DNA of 64,000 nucleotides from Eledone cirrhosa (Eukaryota), in the NCBI GenBank assembly GCA_964016885.1, contig OZ024747.1, positions 61,566,001 through 61,630,000 on the forward strand, read 5' to 3'. Shown piece after piece: positions 53,291 to 64,000 of this stretch. Within the stretch, counting starts at the first letter, position 1, and each line of letters begins with the position of its first letter. Made by a program: the position numbers and the translations under genes. Under the pieces are notes generated by a model. It ran no database searches. It saw nothing but the letters and a program-made list of their open reading frames with translations, and was not told the origin of the DNA.

Positions 53291-53560
53291 TACAGACAAA
53301 AGAGTCCTCAATATCTTTGACTGTTTATGTTTATCACAGAGTCATCAGACAAGAACTCTGATGACCCTATGAAAACCAGGCAAAACTCCAAAGTAGTAAG
53401 TCCCACTATTCAGCCTTAATAAAATGAATATTAAAACACTACGTCCATATTGAGTACACCTTTCTCTCTCATCCATCAACCGCATATGGATATATATAAA
53501 CACGCACACAGACACACACACATATATATAAAATTTATATATATATATATAAATATTTAT

Positions 53561-53900
53561 GGAGGCACATGGCTTAGTGGTTAGAGCATTGGCCTTGCAA
53601 TCGAAAGGTTGTGAGTTCAATTCTCAGACTGGGTGATGTTGTTTCCTTGAGCAAGACACTTTATTTCACATTGCTTCAGTTTACTCAGCTGTAGAAATGA
53701 GATGATAGGACTGGAGTCCTATCATTCCACTGCAAAGTGGTCGTGGAGGTGCCACGGTAAAAAAGCACCCAGCACTCACAGTAAATGAGGTTGGTGTTAG
53801 GAAGGGCATCCAGCTGTAGAAATCAAGCCAGACTCGGTTCCCGTCCCACCCTTGCAAGCAGGGAAAAAGCGGACGTAAAATGAAATGATGATGATGATGA
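53561..53900 (+). mobile_element. full-length SINE family 4
   Basis: Matches 17380-17768. Confidence 0.9.
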
Positions 53901-54329
53901 TATATATAGATGTAGATAGATACAGATATATATATAGATAAATATATTTGTGTGTGTACATATTCACATACATGGAGATATGCAAGTACATATACATATG
54001 CAAACAGTACCACTAAATGAAACTTTCTCAATTTCAAAACACATTGAATGTGTATGTGAGTGTATGCAAGAAGCTATGGTAGTGCCTGTGTGTGTGTGTG
54101 TGTTTATATATGTGTGAAATTGTGAGTGTGTGTGAAAGTACACATAAATTTGTTTTAAATTTCTCTCACAATTTTAAACTTTCAATTTTTATTTGAGTTT
54201 TCACACAGAAACATTTATTGCTGTGAAGAAGTAATTTAAATTCTAAACTATTTAAACTAGAATACTCTAGCAATTCAAAAACGGTAAAACATGGTCAGGA
54301 ACATTGCAATGAGAACTGAGTATTTAGAA

Positions 54330-54670
54330 TGGCACACACCATGTGGCACACATACCGTGGAGCACACACATACCATGTAGCACACATACCATGGAGCACA
54401 CATGCCATGGAGCACACATACCGTGGAGCACACATGCCATGGAGCACACATACCATGGAGCACACACACACCATGGAGCACACATACCATGGAGCACACA
54501 CATACCATGAAGCACACACACTATGTTGCACACATACCGTGGAGCACACACACCATGGAGCACACATACCATGGAGCACACACATACCATGAAGCACACA
54601 TATCGTGGAGCACACACATACCATGGAGCACACACATACCATGGAGCACACACACACCATGTAGCACACA
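54330..54670. repeat. 17-19 bp minisatellite
   Basis: ccatggagcacac(ac)ata units. Confidence 0.9.
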
Positions 54671-55550
54671 ACAGTTGAATAAAGGAGGTGAAAGCAGAAA
54701 GAGAAAGGTATAAGGAGCGAGAAATGGAGAGGGAGAGCAAGTATAAAGAGTGAGAGAGAGAGAGGGGGAGAGCAAGTATAAAGAGAGAGAGAGAGCAAGT
54801 ATAAAGAGTGAGAGAAAGAGAGAGAGAGGTAAAGGAGTGTGAAATGGAAAGGGGGAGCAAGTATAATGTGTAAAAAGAAAGATGGAAGGAAACAACAATA
54901 ACAACAACGAGGCTGTAAAGGGGTGAAAAAGAAAAATGAGGAGGGGGGGACAACAACAACAAAGTGCAAAAAGGAAAGAAAAACAAAAAAGAAGGAAAGC
55001 TAGCTGAAGTAAAAAGGTGAACAAGAAAGTAATTAGGAAGGGTTGTGGGAACAGGTGTGAAATCTCTAGTGTTATATTGTAAAATTGTGAGAAATATGTT
55101 ATGAAAGCATGAGATATCTTCCACTCTCTACAATGATATCTGATATTATTTAATAACCATAATTCTATAGGAAGATTTCTATAATTCAAGAGAAAATCAG
55201 AATAAAATTGTTGCCTCCATAATATCTACTCTTCAAGATCATTGTCAAAGTTAGGTATCTAACATTTGTTTTGCTAGAGTTTTTGGTGTAGGAAGGAAAG
55301 AGATGGCTTCTTCTTTTTCTAAATTTGCTACACATACAGGTATATATATATATATATGGAGGAAGTTATAGTTCACTTGAAGCATTGTGTAATGAGGTAT
55401 AAACGTTTGTATATGTATAATAAAGCCAAAACAATGCAGGTATGGACATAGAATAAAGAATGCAAATGCAAAAGATATTGTTGACAATTAGTCTGTTACC
55501 TTAGATTTATTTAAATAAATTTAATTTGGCTTTATTATACATATACAAAC

Positions 55551-55596
<46 letters not shown>

Positions 55597-55657
55597 AGCA
55601 AATTTGGAAAAAGAAGAGTCCTCTTTCCTACATATATATATATACATATAGATATAT

Positions 55658-56677
55658 GGTGCAATAAGTAGCAAGTGTCCAAAGGATACTAGCTCCTTCC
55701 ATTGCCCAGATGGTTCTATAGAAATAGTAGACACTTTCCATTACCTGGGTGACAAAATCAGCAGTATGGAGGGTTCTCTGAAAATACAGTAGCCAGAGTC
55801 AGAATGGGATGGAAAAAGTTCAGAGAGCTTATACCACTGTTGGCCACAAAAGGTTTCTCTCTAAAAATAAAAGGCAGATTGTATGATGCCTGTATATGAA
55901 CAGCAATGCTACATGGCAGTGAGACATGGGCATTGGGTGCAGAGGACCTGCGCAGACTGGAAAGGAATGAAGCATGCATGCTCTGTTGGATGTGTAATAG
56001 TAATATACGTGAACGGCAAAGCATAAATGAACTAAGTGAGAAATTAGGAATAAGAGGGATCAGATGCTATTTACTTGAGAGAAGACTACGTTGGTATGGC
56101 CACGTGATGCGCATGAAAGACGACAGCTGCATAAAAAAAGTGCAGGGCGATCAAAATTGATGGTAGTTACGGAGTAGGTAGACCCACAAAAACCTGGGAT
56201 GATCTGATGAATTCCGACCTCACACACTTACATCTCTCTAAGACCATGTCTCTGGACCAAGATCTTTGGCGCTATGCAGTAATACAGAAGACCCGCCTTG
56301 CCTATGTACAAAGCAAAACCTACAGTCAGTAGGCACCTCTTAACCAAATATACACCCCAATCTACTATCTCTACCCTATCCTCCCACTCCCACCAACAGC
56401 ACGAGAAAATGAGATCGAGATCGTGTAGGTGTCATGACAAAAAAACACACAGTCCACGCTGTAATGTGGGCGTGTAGGTAACACGGTAAAAAGTTCCCAG
56501 TTCCACACTGTAAATGTGGTTGGTGTTAGGAAGGGCATCCAGCCGTAGAAAACCTGCCAGACAGCCCTATATGAGCGAGACACGGTCACCTGACCAGCCT
56601 TGCCTAAAGTGGGACAACTCCCGTCTAACCCATGCTAGCGTGGAAAATGAACGTTAAACGAAGATGATGATGATGAT
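55658..56677 (+). mobile_element. 5'-truncated RTE, long-UTR subfamily, frameshifted
   Basis: GAISSKCPK..., [18 protein letters not shown]; close to 3955-4950 in reverse orientation. Confidence 0.9.
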
Positions 56678-56679
56678 AC

Positions 56680-56710
<31 letters not shown>

Positions 56711-56824
56711 CATATATACATATATATGTACATATATATATATAAACATATATATATATGTATATAAATACATATATATATAAGTATATATGTATATATA
56801 TACATATGTGTAAATATATGTAGG

Positions 56825-56865
<41 letters not shown>

Positions 56866-57041
56866 GTATATATATACATATATATATGTATATATATACA
56901 TATATATATATATAAATATATATGTATATATATATATATATACATACATATGTGTACATGTATGTATATATATATATTTACATATATACGTATATATATA
57001 TATATATATACATACATATATACACACACACATATATATAT

Positions 57042-58975
57042 AAGAATATACAGCCGCTAAGAGAGAAGCTAGACATCAGGTGTACTTAGCACGCAGGGCG
57101 GTGGAGAGTAGGGGGTTTGCCAGTGTTCTGCAACGGGAAGATCAGAGGCGTGCGGTGTTCCACATTGCAAGGCAGTGTGTCAATGCAAATCAGGATGTTG
57201 TTGGAGATAAATGTGTCCGGGATGATGCCGGTGTACTTAGTGTCGAATGACCAGAAAAAGGAGGTCTGGAAATGTCATTATGAGAGACTGATGAATGTGG
57301 AGAACAAATGGGAGAGAGAAATTACCCTTGGTAGATCCGACAGAGGGACCAGCTATTGAGATTGACGAATATAGGGTCCAAGAGGTGGTTAAGGTAATGA
57401 AAACTGGTAAGGCCGCTGGACCACCAGGGATAGTTGCTGAGATGCTGAAGGCATCAGGGGACATAGGTACTAAACTGGTTGCACGCATCATCAATCAGGC
57501 ATCATCAATATGGCGGTGTCATAAAACTGATGGATCAGGTTATGAAAGTGGCAGAAAAGATATTAGCACAACTAGTTAGAGAAAGGGTCAAACTATATGA
57601 GATGCAGTTTGGTTTTGGGCTTGGAAAAAGTACAACAGATGCCCTCTTCTTGGTGAGACAATTCCAAGAGAGGTTCTTAGAGAAGAATAAGCCACTATAC
57701 TTAGCTTTTGTTGACCTAGAGAAGGCATTTGATAGGGTACCCCGATCTGTCATCTGGTGGTCCCTAAGGAAACTAGGTGTTGAGGAATGGCTTGTGAGGA
57801 CAGTGCAAACTTTGTACAGGGGTGCTGTCAGTAAAGTGAGGGTAGGAATGGAGTTTAGTGACGAATTCCAGATACAAGTAGGAGTACATCAGGGTTTGGT
57901 CCTCAGCCCGCTCTTGTTCATTATAGTCCTCCAAGCCTTAAAAGAGGAGTTTAAGACTGGCTGTCCATGGGAACTTCTCTATGCTAACAATCTGCTTATT
58001 ATAGCAGAATCAGTAGAGGAGCTAGAGAATAAATTCTGGCTATGGAAACAGCAGTTGGAATCAAGAGGACTGAGAGTGAACCTAGCTAAGACAAAAGTGT
58101 TGATGAGTAGAAAAGAGGACAAAACTCTGATTCTGTCAAGGAAACGGCCATGTTCGATATGCAGAAAAGGAACTGGCATAAATTTTATTAAATGCACACA
58201 ATGACGATCCTGGGTACACAAGAGATGCAGTGGGATAGCAGGTAAACTAACAGGTAGGGAGAAATACGTATGCGGTAGATGAACAGGGAAATTAGACAGT
58301 AGAAGTCACATTGATAGACACATTTTTCAAATGCAGGTGGGTGCTATAGAAGTGGTTGATAGCTTCCGGTACCTAGGAGATCAGATTAGCATGGGAGGGG
58401 GGTGTTCTGAGGTTATAGTATCTAGAATAAGGACAGGTTGGAGGAAGTTTAGGGAGCTGCTTCCTCTGCTGACAAAGAAGGGTTTCTCCCTGTGTACGAA
58501 AGGCCGGTTATATGATGCCTGTGTGAGGAGCGCGATGCTGCATGGTAGTGAGACATGGGCAGCAACTGCAGAAGATATGCGACGCCTGGAGAGAAATGAG
58601 GCAAACATGCTGCGTTGGATGTGCAATGTCAATGTGCATGAACGACCGAGCATGGATGTGTTGAGAGAGAAACTGTGTCTGAGAGGGATAGATTGTAGTG
58701 TGCGAGAGAGGAGACTGCGATGGTATGGACATGTGATGCACCTGGAGGATGACCGATGGGTGAAGAAGTGCCAGGAAATGCCAGTTGAAGGAAGACGTGG
58801 TAGAGGTAGACCACGAAAAACATGGGCGGAGGTGGTGAGAGCAGACCTCAGATCGCTGAAGCTCACGGTGGAGATGACGAAGGACCGTGACAAGTGGAGA
58901 GATGCTGTGCTGAATAGGACCCGTCCTACCCTTGCAAGCAGGGAAAAGCGGACGTAAAATGATGATAATGATGAT
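57042..58975 (+). mobile_element. 5'-truncated RTE LINE, short-tail subfamily (RT, PHD-like finger, C-terminus)
   Basis: KAAGPPG, QFGF..GKSTTDA, FVDLEKAFDRV, GVHQGLVLSPLLF, LYANNL (degraded YADD), GLRVNLAKTK, FRYLG; deletion/frameshift near 57500; TGA at 58202 and 58280; (GAT)n tail. Confidence 0.95.
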
Positions 58976-59018
58976 ATATATAGCAGGAAAACCTTATGCT
59001 AGTCCCATTAACCTCTTA

Positions 59019-59067
<49 letters not shown>

Positions 59068-59293
59068 TGTTATATTTGGGGAGGGTCATATTTGCGTAAT
59101 ATTGCCAGAATTAATAACAGAACACACTCACTGTTTGGTTGGTTTTCGCTTCTCGCTGTCTTTTATATATATATATCTGCGATCTAACTTACTCGGTCCT
59201 CAATGTTGCCATTGACTGACCGGCGGTCAAAAATAATACAGATACAATATAGACAAACACATATATATATAGTTTACATAATTTACATAAATC

Positions 59294-59327
59294 TTTCGTT
59301 GCACATCTGCAACATCGTCAGTGGTGT
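59294..59327 (-). ncRNA. hammerhead-like core in the PLE 3' UTR
   Basis: CTGACGA-T-GTTGCA gatg TGCAAC-GAAA; I could not assign stems I and III. Confidence 0.45.
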
Positions 59328-59585
59328 TATATTCATTGTTCCTCCTGTTGTGTTGTATGTCTACGCCATTTTTTTGTTCAGTCTGTCTATATATTTATTT
59401 ATTTATTTGCTTGTTTGTTTATCTTATTTTATTTTGTCTTCTTTGCGCATGCGTTTGCGTGTGTGTATAGTGTTATGTGTGACTAGTGTGTATAGTGTTG
59501 TGTCTGCTGGGTGACTAGTGTGTGTTTATGTGCTTGTGTATGTATTTATTTATCTTATTTTATTTTATTTAATTTACTTATTTAT

Positions 59586-62192
59586 TTATACTTCTCTTAG
59601 GTCAGTGTTGTTTGTTTGGGTGTTGTTGTTGTTCCACTCATTCTTTCTGTTTAGCTTTGGTCTTCTAATTTCTATTTCACTGGCCTCTCTGATTTGCCTA
59701 TCTGCTGGGTCATTCCTATGTTTAGATATTATTCTAATTTCTATGTTGTCTATGTTACCGTCATGTTGTTGTCTAGCATGTTCGTATAGTACTGACCCGT
59801 TTTTTCGTCCTTTTAGTTCCCCCCCGTGTTGGTCTATCCTTTCACCTATGCTACGAGCTGTCTCACCTATGTATGTTGTTGTCGTGTTTCTGCAAGTACC
59901 CTCTGTACATCTTATGCTATAGACTACGTTTCTAGTTTTACAGTTTATCCGGGGGTTCACCTTACATATGATACATTTCCTATTGGTACAGTGGGTTTTC
60001 TTAAAAGGGTAGGTTTTGCTGATCAGGGATTATATGGTGGTTCCTGGCTTTTCTACCACCTTTATTTTTAAGTGGGTCTTTCTCAGGGCCTTTCTACACT
60101 GGTTAGCTAATTTCCCTCCAGGGGTGGCGTCCACAAACATGACACTCTGATATCTCTGGTTGTCGTACCATGATGTGGCCTTCCCTATCTTATGTCTAGC
60201 CCTATCTAAGCTATTCCATGATTTGCTCCTGTATAGTGGGCAAATTCCTTTCATGTCCAGTTCTATGAGGGTCTTATACTTTTCCATGGCTCCTTCGTAT
60301 ACTCTGACTCTGTCTCTTTGGTTGTAGCCAGAGAACTGCATGCGGTTGATGAAGTGTTGGATGTGTCCTTCCATTTCTGTTGGGTCGCACATGCTGGACA
60401 CATTCTTCATCACTCGTACCAAATCTGCGATCAGAATATTAAACTTAGCACTACTGGACATTGCTGAGTTTTTGAGTATCAGGTATTTGGAGGCCATGGG
60501 TTTAGCATAGTGTGAGTGGAGAATTTGGGCTCTCTCGTCTATAGTGTTAATCCAGAGTTCTGTGTCTAATACAGGTAGTCTATTGTTAGGGTGTTTGGAA
60601 GGGAAGTCTATAGTTACAGTTATACTCTGGTGTATGGAATTAGCTATCTGCTGGATGCTTTCCATCGTGCTACGTTCTAAATCAAACTTGTTAGTGCTCT
60701 CTAGTGGGGGTGTTCTTATAACTATATTGATATCGTCTACATAACGAGAGTACATGATGAGGTCTATGGAGCTTTCATTAAGGAGATCTTTAAGTCTCCT
60801 TTCCCACCATACCATGAAAAGGTTGGCAACATCACCAGCTATGCTGACGCCGATGGCTGCTCCCTCATTTTGGGTGTAGATTTTCTCATTGAACTTAAAT
60901 ATGTGGCCCTTTAGGGTAGTTTTGATACTAGCCCCTATTGCATGTGCGACCATTTTTCTTACCTGATCAGTGTTTTGGGGGGTCCGTATAGCTTTGGTCC
61001 ACCCAATCCACCTTCCTATGGGAGTCTTTTTAGCCATTGAGGTTATGGTGGGGGGTCTACCTCTTATAGGTCTACTAGGGCAGAAACATCTAAGGTCATG
61101 GCTGTCTAGGTAGTCAGTGTCGTAGGTAAGTCTAAGTAGGAGGCCCAGTTCGTCTGTGTCGACGTCGCAGAACTCCACCTCACTCTCAATGATCATCTCC
61201 ACACATCTTTTCACAGCAAAATCAATGTTAATGGATGGGTACAGTGACACCACATCCATGCTGCCTATTATGCAGTTGGATAGGCTCCTGTTTTTGTTGC
61301 ACTCACTGATTCTGCTGAGGAGGTCCTCTGTACTTTCACATACATCTGGGGACATCTTGATTATGGGGCGTATAACCATTGAGAGGAAGTAGGAGATCCT
61401 GTAGTTGCTAGCTATATTAGCTCCGCATACGGGTCTTGTTGGTGGTCCTGTTGTCGGGTCGTCGACTGTCTTGTGGTCTTTGCGGAGCCCATACAAGGGT
61501 GGTATGCCATTGTTAGACGCCTGGAAGTTGTTGGCAGTGCGTCTGCTTGGCTTTAGGATGTCAGTCCACATCATCATGTGAGCGTTGAGGATTTTTTCTC
61601 TCCCATCGTGTGTTAGTTGTGCAACTTCGCTCGTGTTGGTGATGTGGGGTTGCATTGCCTCGATGTAGTTCAGCATGCTATCTATTGACATCCTACCGGA
61701 CTTATCTGTGGGTAGACACACTACCTCACCATCCCTTGTGCGCTGCTTGAGGCTAACCAAGCCTTCTACAGGTTTTATCCCAAGTTGTTGGGCCTCTGGT
61801 CTGCTCTGTCTCATAGTGTACCTGTCTACTACTTGTCTAATCTTATTTCTAGCTATGGTGAACTGTGCCTCCGTCTCGTCATCTATTTGCTGTGGTATGC
61901 AAACTCTTTTATTAAAGGGTAACCTCGTAGGATAGATATTACCCATCTTATATGTTTTGTCAGCTGGGTTGAAAAATAGTTTCTCTAAGGGGTTGTCGTT
62001 ATTTCTCTCGTCATAGTTGTGTGTGTTGCTATTATTGTTATCATGGTGGTTGTTGTTGTTTCTATCATTAGCATTAATATTATTATTGTTATGATTGCTA
62101 GATGTATTGTTGTTTACTTCACCGTTATTGTTGTTGTTGTTACTGCTATTTCTACCATTGTGGTTATGTTTATCATGCACACACATACACAT
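59586..62192 (-). pseudogene. PLE RT-GIY-YIG polyprotein split by a single in-frame TAA (60030-60032)
   Basis: PTDKSG, LYGLRKDHK, RPV, SMDVVSLYPSI, Q..GAAIG, RYVDDI, LPVLD; reading through the stop gives HCTNRKCIICKVNPRINC, then NVVYSIRC...YIGETAR...R...H...E...LN in the same frame. Confidence 0.9.
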
Positions 62193-62604
62193 ATATCCTC
62201 ATATATATACATATACAGATACATAAACACATATATATATGCATATACATACACATATCTATATATTAAATACATGTTTATCATGCACACACATATATCC
62301 TCATATATATACACATATACATATATACATACACATATATATATATGAATATACATACTCATATCTATATATTAAATACATGTTTATCATGCACACACAT
62401 ATGCACTCATATATATACACATATATATACACATATATATATATATGCATATACATACACATGTCTATATATTAAATACATGTTTATCATGTGTATTTCT
62501 GGTTGTTTTTCCAAAAATTGCTCTTCACTATATCATAAGCATCACATTTAAAGATGTCCTATATTTACCATATTTACCATATTTCATGAAGGTGGATCTT
62601 TAAA

Positions 62605-63818
62605 TGTGTGTATATTTGTGGTGTGTGTATATATATATGTATATTTGTGGTGTGTATGTATATATATGTATATTTGTGGTGTATGTATATTTGTGGTGTG
62701 TGTAAATATATATATGTATATTTGTGGTGTATGTATATATACTGTATGTATATTTGTGGTGTGTGTAAATATATATATGTATATTTGTGGTGTATATATA
62801 TATATGTATATTTGTGGTGTGTGTGTATATATATGTATATTTGTGGTGTGTGTATATATACTGTATGTATATTTGTGGTGTGTGTAAATATATATATGTA
62901 TATTTGTGGTGTATATATATATATGTATATTTGTGGGGTGTGTGTATATATATGTATATTTGTGGTGTATGTATATATACTGTATGTATATTTGTGGTGT
63001 GTGTAAATATATATATGTATATTTGTGGTGTATATATATGTATATTTGTGGTGTGTGTGTATATATATGTATATTTGTGGTGTATGTATATATATATGTA
63101 TATTTGTGGTGTGTGTATATATATATGTATATTTATGGTGTGTGTGTATGTATATATATATATTTCTGGAGTGTGTTTGTATTTATATGTATATTTGTGG
63201 TGTGTATGTGTATATGTCTGTATATTTGTGGTGTGTGTGTGTATGTATATATATATTTCTGGAGTGTGTGTATGTATATATATATATTTCTGGAGTGTGT
63301 TTGTATGTATATTTGTGGTGTGTGTGTATATGTGTGTATATTTGTGGTGTGTGTGTATGTATATATATATTTCTGGAGTGTGTTTGTATGTATATGTATA
63401 TTTGTGGTATGTGTGTATATGTGTCTATATTTGTGATATGTGTGTGTATGTATATATATATTTATGGTGTGTGTGTATGTGTCTATATTTGTGATGTGTA
63501 TGTCTATGTATGTGTATATTTGTGTATGTATATGTATATATGTGGTGTGTGTGTATATGTGTCTATATTTGTGGTGTGTGTATGTATATATATATTTATG
63601 GTGTGTGTGTATGTATATATATATATTTGTGCTGTGTATGTCTATGTATATGTATATTTGTGGTGTGTATGTATATGTATATATGTGGTGTGTGTGTACA
63701 TATATGTATATTTGTGGTGTGAGTGTATATATATGTATATGTGTGGTGTGGGTAAATATATATATGTATATTTGTGGTGTATATGTATATATATATGTAT
63801 ATGTGTGGTGTGTGTGTC

Positions 63819-63865
<47 letters not shown>

Positions 63866-64000
63866 GTGGTGTGTATGTATATATATATATGTATATCTGT
63901 TGTATATGTGTATGTATTTGTGGTGTGTGTGTCTATATATATATGTATATATCTGGTGTGTATGTATATATATATATATATATACCTGTAGTGTGTATAT
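62605..64000. repeat. degenerate TA/TG minisatellite
   Basis: Repeated tatatttgtggtgtgtgta. Confidence 0.9.

Larger units (their letters stand above)
59066..62200 (-). mobile_element. Penelope-like retroelement, Neptune-like
   Basis: PLE RT, Cys-rich linker and C-terminal GIY-YIG, about 520-bp 3' UTR ending in (TA)n; the 5' end dissolves into microsatellite. Confidence 0.92.

Noticed and set aside
59203-59922. Plus-strand hydrophobic ORFs
   Set aside because: Antisense shadows of the A-rich PLE 3' region.
60030-60032. Programmed readthrough or selenocysteine in the PLE
   Set aside because: The codon is TAA at a non-cysteine position; a point mutation or sequencing error is simpler.

Overview
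AT-rich eukaryotic, repeat-dominated DNA. It is probably intronic or intergenic cephalopod (Octopus-like) sequence; that assignment is inferred from the (TA)n/(CA)n load and the SINE/RTE repertoire. I found no convincing host gene exon, and almost all ORFs in the track are microsatellite translations. Real coding content is retroelement-derived: a near-complete Penelope-like element (PLE; RT, Cys-rich linker and GIY-YIG, Neptune-like, one in-frame TAA) at about 59.07-62.2 kb (-), a 5'-truncated RTE LINE at 57.0-59.0 kb (+), and several RTE fragments. There are also at least four tRNA-derived SINE families, several MITEs and many mini/microsatellites. The most striking pattern is a set of at least five unrelated short elements, nearly all embedded in (TA)n. 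Each carries a type I hammerhead ribozyme (HHR) motif and most are arranged as fold-back palindromes, often with the axis at or just 5' of the ribozyme. They include non-canonical cores (a compensatory U3-A8 variant and an A4 variant). All structures were folded by eye, and repeat boundaries are approximate.
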